A DNA stretch of 63,948 bases, the filler included, from Craspedostauros australis (taxonomy: Eukaryota): the NCBI GenBank assembly GCA_030167865.1. It is 13 parts of 13 records of this genome, joined end to end, with 100 filler letters (N's around TTAATTAATTAA, not from the genome) between each part and the next. Parts side by side here need not be neighbours in the genome. Positions count along the whole stretch, not along the records: positions 13,152 to 19,871 come from JALAGF010000405.1; positions 19,972 to 21,518 come from JALAGF010000409.1; positions 21,619 to 24,271 come from JALAGF010000410.1; positions 24,372 to 25,513 come from JALAGF010000411.1; positions 25,614 to 28,666 come from JALAGF010000412.1; 8 more parts are not named here. The stretch is one strand, 5' to 3'. The translations under genes and the position numbers were made by a program. This document shows positions 13,152 to 26,205 of this stretch, piece by piece (within the stretch, counting starts at the first letter, position 1; every line of letters starts with the position of its first letter). The notes beneath the pieces were generated by a model that saw only the letters and a list, made by a program, of their open reading frames with translations, was not told the origin of the DNA and did not search any database.

Positions 13152-13575
13152 AGCATCGAGAATGAGCAGAAAGTCACCAAGGCTGAGTTTGAAGAGACTG
13201 ACAGGAGAGTATCGCGACCACAAGGAGCTCATCGTGAGAGAAGGGTGCCAGCGGACCTGCACATACTGTGCGTTCTTGAAGGCGAAAGCAAAGAAAGACG
13301 GAAAGGCAGGGGTGAAACCGAAAAGAGTGAGAAGGATGTGCAACATCTGTGATGTCTACATCTGCAAGCAACACTGGGCTACATACCATGGTCAGGATGA
13401 GGGCTGACGAATTTTTTTTTACTAGTAAAACCGTGTGAATAAGAAGAATGGTTCCGAACTAGATTAAAAAAGAAAGCTTTCTGTCGTAGCTCCTGGTAGG
13501 GAAACCTCGTTCAAAATTTAACACGGGCCGAAAAAAAAGGATATAATGAACGCGTTGGACCCGGGTCGTTAAGGG
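13152..13575 (+). mobile_element. Second copy of the piggyBac-like right end
   Basis: Matches 1-424 with only two differences seen (positions 248 and 261 of copy 1); followed by ATAA and a different flank. Confidence 0.8.
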
Positions 13576-14321
13576 ATAATATAATAGTACGCAACACATA
13601 CCCCATACTCGCACGAGCAGTACGTACGTACGTACGAGTACACATTCTTTTTGCCCATTCTTGCGGTCGTCAGCATGGTTGTCGCAGATTGCTGTGCCCC
13701 AACATCCTCATGCCACAGTCCTACTGAATTCTTCATGGAGCATGTAACGGTGTCCATGGCCGGAATGCGCTTTTCATGTGACTTCATCAGATCCATGCAC
13801 CTTCGACCGTGCGGTACCTGCTCATTGTACGCACAAGTGCAACATTACCACTTCGCGAGAGAGCAATTCACCAAACACTCGCCCACATTAGTTTGGGAAG
13901 CCTCCTCGTGGAGCGGCGACTTTATTTGTTTCGAACCTTCACCACACAAGAACGGACAGGGCAAATCGCTGAGCCAATACTGCATGCTGTTGTTAATATT
14001 TCTTCTCTACTGTTGGTTTTAGTTTGTTTTTCTCTTTCGTTGGCTGTGGTCGTCGCACGCGCGAACGTGCGGCTCGTCCAGCAACGTCATCTCACATATA
14101 AAGGGGGCAATTGTCGTATCGCGGCGGCGGTATCAAAGGTTGGACAAGCTTGGCGCTTGTGTTCCTTCTGTGCTGGTGCTACTGAAATCAGTCAATCAAT
14201 CGGGTTGTGATGGGGTGTCTGCTTGGTGGTCATTGTCCAAGTAGGATCGGACCAAGGTCACAGTGCATCTCAACACAAGTTCGCACCTGATTTGCTTTTT
14301 TGGTAAGCGTGTTGTGCTTGC

Positions 14322-17300
14322 TTACTTGTTCAACTCGGTGAGGTTGAGGTGGGATGCACCCTTTGGAAGGGAGACATCTGGGTTTGGTGTTGGTGGATCG
14401 TCGAAGACTCCGTACTCGCGGTCATCGGTATCCGCTCCGGACTGCATGAGTGAGCGGCGGACGCCCTTCTCGATCTCCATGATGATGAAGACGATGAACA
14501 TGGCCAGGACGACGACGAGCCACTGCTCGCCGTGCATTGGACCCATCTCGAAGATGACGGTGTTGACACCTGGGATGTAGGTGATGGCGAACTGGAGGAC
14601 GGCGACGATGGCAACGGAGTACCAGGCGAAGGCGTTTCCTTGGAACAGACGTGGGTGGATGGAGCTGTTGTAGGAGAACCGGGCGGACAAGGTGATGGCG
14701 GCGGCACCGAAGGTGAGGGTGTTGGAGGCCTGCGCGCGCATGAGATCCCAGCGATCATCCTCGTCCTTGTCATCGAAGAAATCCTTGGCCCAAAATGTGG
14801 CACCGACGGTAGTGGCGACGAGCACGATGGTTCCGAGAGCGATTCGCAGGAAGAGGTAACGTCCGATGAGACGCTTTCCGACTCGGCGTGGTGGCTGGTC
14901 CATGATACCATCCTCAGCTGGCTCGACGGCGGAGACGAATCCGAGGGTGACGGCGCAGATCAGGTTGCAGTAGAGCACCTGGATGGCAGTGAGCGGAGGC
15001 TCATCGAGACCGCAGATGATGGCGAAGAGAACGGAAAGACCTTGGGCGTTGTTGATTGGGGTGTTGACCATGAGGACCTTGCGGAGGTTATCCCACACGA
15101 CACGTCCCTCACGGACGGCGACAATGATCGTGGCGAAGTTGTCATCGGCGAGGATCATCTGGGAAGCCTCACGGGCGACATCAGTTCCCTCCTTACCCAT
15201 GGCAACACCCATATCGGCGGCCTTGAGGGCTGGGGCGTCGTTGACACCATCTCCAGTCATACCGCACACTTCTCCTTGGGCCTGGAGGGCCTTGACGATG
15301 CGGATCTTGTTTTGCGGCGAGGCGCGGGCGAAGACGTTGTGCTTGAGGACGGCGACCTTGAGCTCGTCGTCGGTCATGGAGTCGAGCTCTGGTCCGGTAA
15401 CGGCGTTGCTGTGCTCCTCGTCGACGAGACCGAGCATGGCTCCGATGGCAAGGGCGGTGTCTCTGTGATCTCCGGTGATCATGGCGACGCGGACTCCGGC
15501 TCTGCGGGCCTCACTGACGGCGTCGACGCATTCTGGGCGTGGTGGATCCATGATGGCGCAAAGTCCGACGATGGACAACCATGGTCCTTCGCGTCCGTTG
15601 ACGAATTCTGGTCCGAGCTGCTCTCCTTCCTGGATCTCTCCCTTTGGAAGGGTTCCGCGGAGGAGGGCAAGCACACGGAGACCGTGGGAACTGAGGATGG
15701 CGATCTGCTCCGTCCAGTACGCTCTGTCGATGTCTTCCTTCTCTCCGATCATACCTGCCTTGGCCTGGCTGTCGCAAAGTGGGATCATGCGGTCTGGGGC
15801 ACCCTTGACGTGGACGATGTCGACATCTTCCATGCCTGGACCGTCGTTCTGCTCGTCGGAGGCGTGGACGGTGGCCATGAACTTGTACTCGGAACTGAAT
15901 GGGACTTCGGCGATGACTGGGGAGGCGTCCTTCAATGGGTTGACTTCGATACCGGCCCAGTAGCAAGCGCGGAGGATGGAAAGCTCGGTTGGGTTACCAA
16001 TCTCACCTTCGCGAGTTCCGTTGACACCAAGCGTGCACTTGGAGCAGAGGACACCGCCGGCGAGGGCGTTGCGGAAGAAAGTGAGGTCCGGGGATCCACC
16101 TGGGCCGACTGGGTAGTTGTCGCCGCCTTCGGTGGCCTCTGGCTTGTCATCCTTGGCGTCGTCGGCGCCGGCGCCCTCGTCGTTCTCCTTGAGGGCGTCC
16201 TTCTCGTGCTTGGAGTCGAGGTTGTCGGTAGTGCTGTCGTTGCTGGTGTAGTTGAAGTCGTCCTTGTTGGTCTTGCGCTTGTGGCGGGATGCTCCTGGTC
16301 CTCCCTTGATGACGTCGCGGGCGCGCATCATCTTGGTGTGGTCAGCGCGCTCGGCCATGTAGGTATCGTCGCGGACGAAGTTGTTGCTGGTGCGGTCCTC
16401 GGCGTTGACATCGACCTTGTAACGGGCGTTGGAGGTCACGAAGGCAGTGAGGGACATGATGTTCTGGGTGAGGGTTCCGGTCTTGTCGGAGCAGATGGTG
16501 GTAACGGATCCGAGGGTCTCGACGGCTGGAAGGGCGCGGATGATGGCGTTCTGCTTGGCCATGTTGCTGACAGCCCAGGCGTAGGTGACGGTGACGATGG
16601 CCTCGAGTCCCTCTGGGATCATGGCGACGGCGCACACGAGGGCGATGGAGAGGGAGTCGAGGAAGTTGTCCTCGAGGGAGAACATGGCGACGCAGAAGGT
16701 GACGATGGCAGTGATGACGATGAAGATGGCCAAGTACTTGGAGACGGTGTCGATCTGCTCGAGCACGGCGGTCTTCTTCTCTTCGACCTGAGACACGAGG
16801 GCGTTGATGGTTCCAATCTCGGTGAAGTCACCGGAGGCGACGATGAGGCCGGCACCGGATCCCTGGGCGACGAGGGTGGCGGAGAAGCACATGTTGTTGC
16901 GGTCTCCGAGTGGGACCTGCTTGGGGTTCTCGCTCTCGATCTCTGCGACCTGCTTGTCGATTGGCACGGACTCACCGGTGAGGGCGGCCTCGGCGCAGGC
17001 AAGGTTGCCGACCTCAATCATGCGAAGGTCGGCTGGGACACGGTCTCCCAGGCCGAGCATGACGACGTCTCCTGGGACGATGAGGTTTCCGGCGACCTTG
17101 GTCTCCTTCCCGTCACGGACGACGATGGCGTCGGAAGAAAGCATGGCCTTGAGGGCCTCGGCGGCCTTCTCGGCGGAACCCTCCTGGATGATTCCGATGG
17201 TGGTGTTGATACTGTATTATTGTTGTTGTCATTTGTTTGTGTCGTTCCGATAAATAGTGAGGGTAAAAAGGCGGATCTGGTGAGTTGAGAGGTGGAATGA

Positions 17301-17981
17301 TGGAGATGGTGAATGATTCCGTCGGATCATGTCCACAGTGCGCATGACGCAGATCGCGATGGTGCGAAAAAACGAACCCGCGCGTGTGATGTGGTGACGT
17401 GTTGAGCGGCTGGCTCGGAATTTTGCGTGGGCGTCATTGCTGTGTGGTGCCGCGCCCCCATCAATTTTGCAGAAACCGAACCAGTGGGAATCTTGGAGCT
17501 TCATGCGGTGCCTCCTCGCGTGGTGGTTGCTGCCAATTACGATGACCAATGTCATCACATGACACATGGCACAGTCCGCGACACCAACACGAACTGCCTG
17601 CGCAAAACGCTGCTGCTCCACTTGGGTCGTCACTTACGCAATTACGCTAACAATGATGGCGACCTGGATGGCGTTGGTGACTGGATCATCGGTGAAGATG
17701 CGGATGGCTGAGATGACAGCCACGAAGACGAGGATACCGACGAGGACGTTGGCGACCTGCTTCCAAATCTTCTCGAGGAGGGTCTCCTTCTCCTTCTCGG
17801 AGAGCTTGTTCTCGCCGTACTTCTCGAGGCGGGTGGCAGCCTCCTCGGCGGTGAGACCACGCTTGCGGATGTCCTCAGGGAGTCCGAGCTCCTTGTAGCA
17901 CTCCTCGCGGCTCATCACGTGCCATGCTGGCTGGTTGTTGGTGTTGATGCCCTGGGCATCTGGTGTGGCTTCTTCGGCCAT
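14322..17981 (-). CDS. Type II P-type cation-transporting ATPase; exons 17981-17638 and 17211-14322, about 1077 aa
   Basis: Motifs [63 protein letters not shown]. Intron GTAAGT...CAG (17637-17212) is in frame. Confidence 0.95.
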
Positions 17982-19971
17982 GATGTTTCGTTGTTTTGGT
18001 TTTGGTGTCTTCGGTGGTCGAAGTTCCAAATTTTTATGAACACCTCTGGAGACAAGGTGACGGAAGCAAAAGTGAGGAGGTGGGGTTGTTGTTCGTTGCT
18101 CCGCGCTGGTCCGCGTTGGTCAACGTCGTGTCGTGCTTTGTTGTGCTGTCCTCTCCTTCCAGCATCTGTGCTGTGTATTTCGTATGTTCTGTACGTTCCG
18201 CCACGCTCTCACGCCGAGTTCGCTGTCGTTTCGCCAGAGCGATCGTCCAGGCAGTTTGAATCGTTCCAGACAGAGCGCCTGTGTGGGCGCGACGACCGCA
18301 ATTCCGCCCAAAAAGGTATTTCGGCGATGACAGAGGGGTAATTGTTGAGCACGAATGAATGAATCCCACCAAAAACTTCCCAGCCTGAGCGGGAACCAGA
18401 CGCATTCGAGTAGATGGTTGGTCAGCATGGAAGTGTGCCTGACGATTCACACGCTGACGCCGTCCAGACGGCCGTCTTGTTGCTCCGGTACGGCACACGT
18501 GCCGCAACACAATCATGACACATGGCGGTGTCGCAACAATCAGAATTTCTCTTCGTTGGCGGACATTCCTTCAATCATAATTGTATCCCCCTGGCGCGCG
18601 CGATTGTAGACATGCTGGCGTGTCTCATGGTCTGGTTTGCGCGGCAACGGCCATGTACGCAAGCGTGCATGGTCGGCAATGCCTCACCCAAACAGGGGAT
18701 GCGCGTGTTGGCACAGCGTCATTGCGTCCACCCAGTGTCGCTGTCGGTTCTTAACTCGTTCACCAACACGGGACGGAGAATGAGGAGGAACATGACGGAC
18801 TGGCGCGCGCGCGCAGACAGTATGCTCGCTGGACGTTAACAGCAGTTCGGTGCAATTGCAACAGGAAACAACGGAGCAACTACGTTCACGTCGCTCATTG
18901 GCTGTCATTCATCTTTTTCGAAAATTCGGCATGTCTGGCCGATGAATCGCTCCAGACAGAGAATGGGAGACGATGTGCTGGCACACGGACACAACAAGGA
19001 AGCAAAGAACGACATCGGATGAGAGAGAAGGAATGATCGTTGATGAATCTATTCCGGTTCGTTGTTCCCCTCCGTCGCTCTCGATCACTCTCGCTGTCGG
19101 GGCATGTTGTGCTGCTGTGTCGGAGATGGAAGAGTAGTCGTGTGGTCCGTAAGCGGTCCTCTCCAGAATCGTTCGAGGAGGATGAAGAAGTTGCTATCGT
19201 ATAGTATTGTTCAACACAACTCTACTGCAGCCAACTCTCTCTCTCTCTCTCCCTCCCACGAGAGTATTTCGCAACGACTCTTCGGCTTGGATTCCGTAAG
19301 AGACACACGCGGTATGTTCTTCAGTTCTGCATGTATTGTTGCATGTATTGTGTGAGTAAAGCATAAAGGTACAGAATAATATCATAGAATAGTATCTTGC
19401 GACGATTGCCTCCCTTGGCTGACGTAAGACCAAACATCTCTCGTGCACCTGACCACATTAATTCCTACATCCCGACATTCTACCTGGGCTTGGATCGAGT
19501 CCACGTGCGAGAAACTCAGATCACATTGTTTCTTCCGAGATTCTCCTTTGCGGCTGCGTTGATACTCTCGCTACGATCGTCAGTCGCCGCTGACATCGGC
19601 ACGAACTGAACCGCCAGGGGGGGGGAAAGACGGTAATTTTGCATTTCCCATGATAAGGCAACAACAGTTTCTTCCATAATCAGCAGTTCAAAAGTCAAAA
19701 ACCAAACTGAAAATTTGCCATCTTTGAGCATTCTTCCTGTCAGTTGTTTGCACAATCATCCTGATTTATGCAAAACCCAGATTCGCAGCTCCATTTTTGA
19801 CTTTTACACCCTGTTGCCTGTTCGTGCGTCTGCGGCGCAGATGATGTCGTGCCGCGTTGTGCTTGCCAAGGNNNNNNNNNNNNNNNNNNNNNNNNNNNNN
19901 NNNNNNNNNNNNNNNTTAATTAATTAANNNNNNNNNNNNNNNNNNNNNNNNNNNNNNNNNNNNNNNNNNNN

Positions 19972-20497
19972 CCTGTAGGTACCTCTCCTTCGGTCTCTTG
20001 TCACCTCACTGGTCCCACTTCATTTCAGTTCCTCCCTCCGGTCATCTCGATGGTTACCTTTGGATGCTTGGAACTTATTGTCTTCTGGATCGTGGTCTTG
20101 GGTGAATAGGGATCGCCTCTGTTTCGCTTTCTCACATTAGGTTCTCAGGGACGCGTCGACTTGTTCAGATATATTGGTTGTCGCGCTCATTCGATTCACT
20201 CAGGGCTGGTATGTTGCCATCGTCATAGATCTCTCGGTTCCCGACCGTTATCGGGACATGGCCGAGTAGGCCACTGGATGAGGGTGCTTGGATGTCGCAT
20301 AAGACAGGTAAGGCCATTGGGCTGTCCGAGTGCAACTGGTCGATTGCTAGGTTGCGGTTTGTCTGGGAGATGCTATTGGGGGTTGCGGCAATCGTGGGGT
20401 ATCTTTGCACTTAATACCATTCCGGTTCCAGTCAGTCCTCATGGGAGCTGCGGTAGAATACGGTATCTTTGCAAAGTCGTACCCCCGATTCCTGACA
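19972..20497. mobile_element. Probable LTR terminus (minus strand begins TGTCAGGAATCGGG) abutting or nested in a copia gag-pol
   Basis: Ends ...CCCGATTCCTGACA; the same 14-bp terminus occurs at 39581 on the + strand. Confidence 0.5.
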
Positions 20498-21518
20498 CTG
20501 ACATGGCCATGCACTACATCCTTGGAGGATGTATGCAGGTACTCCTGCGCGAGCGACCACGAGTCACATCATACGATCCGGTGACAGGAACTCATCAAGA
20601 AGACATGACCCCATCAGCGGTCAGAGAACCATTATTCGACCGCGTGAACCACGGCATGGACGACGGGAACGAGGATGCCAACGATGAAGACTACAATGAT
20701 GACATAGCAGCGGCTGCCATGGAGCAGCTCCACGAGCTGAGCACCAAGCACAAAGACAAGGTCAACAAGGACACCTGGCTTGCTGACAGCGGAGCCTCGT
20801 GTCACATCGTGAACCCCGACGCCGTCTTCAACGTGCAGCACATCAAGTCCTTCATACAAGTGGGAGACAGCACGAAACTGGACTCTCCCACGATGGGATC
20901 CATTCGCTTGAAGGTCAAGCAACTAGACAACACAAGTCACATCATCCGACTTGACCATGTGAAGTACACACCCAAGATATCAGTGAGCCTATTCTCAACA
21001 ACAAGGCACTGTACAATGGCTACCAGATTGGGAACGACAACATTCTGATGGACATCATCAACAGATCCGGAAAGAAGATCATCTTCGACCGCGTCTTCCC
21101 CACATCCAACGGATTCATCACGGGAGTGCAGATGCATCCCATCATGCCAACAGAGGATGACAAGGCTTCCACAGCCATCGTCAAGAGCCCATCCAAGGAG
21201 GTGAGCACAGCAAGCTTGCATCGAATGCTTGGTCACACGCCACTCGAGACCATGAAGCCGACAGCTGCTCAATACGGATGGAAAATCATTGGCGAGATGC
21301 TGGTGTGTCGCGACTGCGTGATCGCAAATGCGAGAGTGGAAAACATCCCAAAGGCCAGAATCCCACGAGCGTCCCGCCGCGGCGAATTCTTCTTCATTGG
21401 CATCAGTTACACTAAACACATAAGCTTCGGAGATAAACGTTATCTGACTCTGATCATGGACAGCTGCAGTGACTACTGCTGGAGCTTCTTCTTGAAGAAC
21501 AAGAGTGACCAGCCCGGA
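20498..21518 (+). mobile_element. Ty1/copia pol fragment: protease and start of integrase, with a frameshift near 21003
   Basis: Protease WLADSGASCH; LFST/TKAL.NG split across frames; HRMLGH...CRDC pre-integrase zinc finger. Confidence 0.88.
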
Positions 21519-21618
21519 NNNNNNNNNNNNNNNNNNNNNNNNNNNNNNNNNNNNNNNNNNNNTTAATTAATTAANNNNNNNNNNNNNNNNNNNNNNNNNN
21601 NNNNNNNNNNNNNNNNNN

Positions 21619-23945
21619 ACATTCTGATGGACATCATCAACAGATCCGGAAAGAAGATCATCTTCGACCGCGTCTTCCCCACATCCAACGGATTCATCAC
21701 GGGAGTGCAGATGCATCCCATCATGCCAACAGAGGATGACAAGGCTTCCACAGCCATCGTCAAGAGCCCATCCAAGGAGGTGAGCACAGCAAGCTTGCAT
21801 CGAATGCTTGGTCACACGCCACTCGAGACCATGAAGCCGACAGCTGCTCAATACGGATGGAAAATCATTGGCGAGATGCTGGTGTGTCGCGACTGCGTGA
21901 TCGCAAATGCGAGAGTGGAAAACATCCCAAAGGCCAGAATCCCACGAGCGTCCCGCCGCGGCGAATTCTTCTTCATTGGCATCAGTTACACTAAACACAT
22001 AAGCTTCGGAGATAAACGTTATCTGACTCTGATCATGGACAGCTGCAGTGACTACTGCTGGAGCTTCTTCTTGAAGAACAAGAGTGACCAGCCCGGATAC
22101 ATCAAGCGATTCGTCCAGACAATCAAATCACACACAGGTGATCAACAAATCATCTTCCGAGGAGACAACAGCGGAGAGAACAAGGCCACACAAGATACTC
22201 TCATCGAGGCTGGACTGAATGCGAAATTCGAGCTCACGGCGTCCAACATGCCACAACAGAATGGTAGAGTAGAACGCAATTTCGCGTATCTCTACACCAA
22301 GATCCACTCCATGCTCAACGGAGCACAGCTCGACGAAGAGAATAGGCATGGCCTATGGGCAGCAGCTGCGAGCACTGCCACTGCCATCGCCAACATCACC
22401 GTAGCGAAGAATCAAAAGGAGTCACCACATCGCCAATTCTTCGGCAACGATCCACCATATGCGGATGCACTCCGCACTTTCGGAGAGGTGGGTGTTGTGA
22501 AGACTACCTACGGCGGGATCACCGCCAAGCTCAAGAATAGAGGAGAAGAGATGGTGTTCATCGGATATGCACACCAACATGTATCAGGGGTCTACAACAT
22601 GTACAGACCATCGACCAAATCACTCATCTGCTCACGCGACATCAAGTGGCTCAACCAATCATACGGACAGTTCCGTGGCTGGGCACCAGCACCGAACATA
22701 TCCAGCAAAGCAGGAACAACGGACGCAGACGGCTTCACAACCATCGGACGGAAGGGAGCAATGCCAAGAACGGCAATGCGTCGAACATCAGAAGCGAAGA
22801 GAGTATCTTTCGCTGACAGCAACATGTACTATATCCTATCAGACAGTGATGACGAGGATGATGAGGACGATGGAGCAGTAACTCAACTAATCCATAACGA
22901 CGAGGAAGATCGGAGCGAATCCAATCATGAGGATGACGAGACCGCACCATCCGGCAACGAAGCCGACGATGACACAGGCGTCACTCCTCCGAACACACCA
23001 GCAAGATCTACACATGACACACCATTGAGATCTCCACCAAGCAAACCAAGCAAGCGTGACATAGCTAGAAAGGAGAGAATCCGACGTCATGAAGCACGAG
23101 GCAGGAAGGGAGAAGCTAATCCCAAGTTAACTACAGGGAAGAGCATTCCTAGAGCTCTGCGTGAGCTCGCAGACTTCAACGAACGAGGTCGAAAGGAAGA
23201 AGGATATGAAAGCGATCCATCATCCGATGAGGCGAGTGACGAACTCAGCGACGAAATGATCGACGATTCCAACAATGAAACTACAGATGATGAAGAAATT
23301 GCAGATGAAGGAGAGATTGAGATCACTCACCATAGCACAACAGGACTATACGGGATGAACGCAATCATCACCCAAGCACCAGCGATCGACATCGGATTAT
23401 CGATGCAGGACGAGAACAAGGAACCAGAGAAGCACATCGAACCAACGACATTCGATGGAGCCTTCAATCACCCAGATCCCATCCATCGAAAGGGATATCG
23501 AGCAGCCATCAAGAAGGAGTTCGACTCCATGGATACACGAAAGGTATACAGCAAGATCAAACGAGATGCCATCCCATGCGGCCGCAGATGCTGCAAATGC
23601 AAATGGGTCTTCAAGCTGAAGCGTGACGGCACACATCGAGCACGGCTCGTTGCATGTGGCTATTCACAAGTCGCAGGAGTNNNNNNNNNNNNNNNNNNNN
23701 NNNNNNNNNNNNNNNNNNNNNNNNNNNNNNNNNNNNNNNNNNNNNNNNNNNNNNNNNNNNNNNNNNNNNNNNNNNNNNNNNNNGTAACGGCATTCCTACA
23801 TGGAGACCTCGACGAGGAGATCTACATGAACTGTCCCAACGGGATGGATCATCAACCAGACGAAGCCCTGATCCTACACAAGCCAATCTACGGACTTGTG
23901 CAGAGCGCCAGGCAATGGTTCAAGATGTTGGTATCGACCCTCAAG
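21619..23945 (+). mobile_element. Ty1/copia pol: integrase and N-terminal RT, degenerate and truncated by an LTR insertion at 23946
   Basis: RGDNSGEN, QQNGRVER, CKWVFKLK, RARLVACGYSQ, TAFLHGDLDEEIYM, IYGLVQSARQW. The first integrase Asp appears replaced (FFIGIS). The first 479 bp repeat 21040-21518. Confidence 0.92.
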
Positions 23946-24271
23946 TGTTGGCAAGTTCCGCGCACGGTAACCTACGATCGTGGAAGATGGTGTTGGTTGA
24001 TAGTCGTTCGTTTGCTATTTCATTACTTGGCTACTCNNNNNNNNNNNNNNNNNNNNNNNNNNNNNNNNNNNNNNNNNNNNNNNNNNNNNNNNNNNNNNNN
24101 NNNNNNNNNNNNNNNNNNNNNNNNNNNNNNNNNNNNNNNNNNNNNNNNNNNNNNNNNNNNNNNNTCTCTCTCTCTCAACATCGTGTACTCGTCGCACACG
24201 ATACTCCGTGTTCGATACGTACTCCGTATTCGACACTCCGTTCATTCAGTACTGGCTCCTACTCCATGAGT
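23946..24271. mobile_element. LTR (starts TGTTGG) inserted into the copia RT
   Basis: The RT frame breaks exactly at TGTTGGCAAGTTCCG; homologous to the sequence starting at 40470. Confidence 0.75.
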
Positions 24272-24419
24272 NNNNNNNNNNNNNNNNNNNNNNNNNNNNN
24301 NNNNNNNNNNNNNNNTTAATTAATTAANNNNNNNNNNNNNNNNNNNNNNNNNNNNNNNNNNNNNNNNNNNNGATTGAGGAACAAAATTCATTCACGACAC
24401 AATTTGATCACTCTCAAGG

Positions 24420-25513
24420 TCACAAAGTATGCGTGTCATTGGAATATTCCCACACGCACCCGTCCCACTCGTCGATGTGCTCGATGTCGTACATGAGGGT
24501 GATGCCACGAGTCGCACTGATGTCAAATACACCGAATCTGTTCGTGTACGCCCTGTCGTTGTCAGTCGACACGTCACCCTTGAGCGGGATGACCAAGCTG
24601 CCTTCTCCATCGCCCTTGCTGTGATAGCGCCAGACCTTGTCGTAGATCGATGCGTAGCTGTGTTGCAAGTCATGATGGTACGTTGAGACGATGCTTATCT
24701 TGGCAGGATCCGAGACGTCGAAGAGACGGAGCTGCAAACCATCGAACCGGCCAGAGCCATCAATGTTCTTGCCAATTCCGAGCACGAGCGTGCCATCGGC
24801 ATTGATGGGAAACAAGTAGGTTGAAAAACCAGGGACCTCCAGGGCGCCTGCGATATGTGGATTGCTCGCAGTCCCCAAGTCCAAGATGTAGAAAGGGTCG
24901 AAATATTGGAATGTGACAGCGTACGCCCTCTCCTTGCGAAAGATGAATGCCCAAATGTCTTGGGAGGAAGCAATGGCATGGCATGGCATGACGAACGGGT
25001 AATATCCGAAGATCGGTGGTAGATGCGGTGGACCATGTTCCGAAGAGGCAGACGCGGAGGGTGTGCCAATGGGTAAGTATGGGTATGGTCGTAGAAGGCA
25101 CGGACCAGTGAGTGGTAGTGCATCGCGGAATGACATGGGACGTGAAGAGGTCGCGACTTGGCTTCCGACATCATCCCACAATGCGCCTTTTTGTGCCATT
25201 CGATAGAGCATCAATCAAGGCCATGGATGGCTCGTGGTTCAACGAAGCCCTCGCCAACCAATTGGGTGACAGATTGAACGACGGGCAATAGCAACATGCG
25301 CAGCATCATCAACATTTGTGGTGACTCACCTTCGTTGGGCTTTCCGAATTCGACTTGCCCGACGATCTCCAACGTGTTTTCGTCGTCGTCGCTGTCCTCG
25401 AGAACAAACATCTCGTTCGTCACAAATGAGAAGCATTCTACGTTGCAGGTTGAATCGATGATGATCTCATCACAACCCTCAGCAAGCAGTTTGATGCACT
25501 CGGCTTCGCCTTC
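24420..25513 (-). CDS. C-terminal part of a beta-propeller domain protein (Beta_propel/COG4880-like); exons >25513-25330 and 24958-24420
   Basis: GKPNE|DIWAFIF...AYAVTF..FDPFYILDL...GALEVPGFSTYL.P...LGIG...GLQLRLFDVSDP; intron GTGAGT...AAG (25329-24959) is in frame. Confidence 0.7.
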
Positions 25514-25656
25514 NNNNNNNNNNNNNNNNNNNNNNNNNNNNNNNNNNNNNNNNNNNNTTAATTAATTAANNNNNNNNNNNNNNNNNNNNNNNNNNNNNNN
25601 NNNNNNNNNNNNNATCAGAGGCGTTTCTCATGTTCTGTGGCGATGACGATGACGAC

Positions 25657-25719
25657 GATGACAGCGATGACAGCGATGACAGCGATGACAGCGATGACAG
25701 CGATGACAGCGATGACAGC
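25657..25719 (+). repeat. (GATGACAGC)x7 minisatellite
   Basis: Seven perfect 9-bp units. Confidence 0.95.
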
Positions 25720-26205
25720 GATGATGAGCATGACACCACTCGTGTTTCAATCCACAACAAACGTATCCAGGACTCATCTCGCCTCACCCAATCGTCGCGA
25801 ACGACAAATAGCAAGCCATTCGTTGTTTGGCGGTGGCGGCGACGATGACGACAGTGATGGTGGTGGCGCAACAGAAATCGCCGCTGCGAATACTGATGCA
25901 GATCGCCACAACCACAACCACAACGCTCAACGATGATCTAGCGAGAGACTTCGAACAATGCCGGCTGGTTGACTTGGTTCCTCACTCATTGATCGCCCAA
26001 CCACAGAGACAGCCGCAACCAGAAGAATCACGGCAATGGCACCAATGGCACCAATGGCATCGTCGATGCATCAAAAGAGGACGATTGGTGCCATCAACAT
26101 TGCGTGCATGGTGGTGGCAACGAACTCACGGTCATCCCCGTCGTCCCCGTCATCCTCACTCCAACGCAGAAGCGAAGCAGCAGCAGGAGCAGCAGGAGAA
26201 GAAGC

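Noticed and set aside
14532..17288. 918-aa antisense ORF
   Set aside because: Shadow of the strongly codon-biased ATPase on the other strand; no motifs of its own.
19615..19871. CAGGGGGGGGG start as a hAT-like terminus
   Set aside because: No partner TIR, TSD or transposase visible before the contig ends.
20990..21048. Programmed frameshift between protease and integrase
   Set aside because: It falls inside a conserved coding segment of an element with other lesions; most likely a 1-nt deletion.
21040..22097. 479-bp direct duplication of integrase sequence
   Set aside because: It is the overlapping ends of two contigs across a linker, not a tandem duplication.
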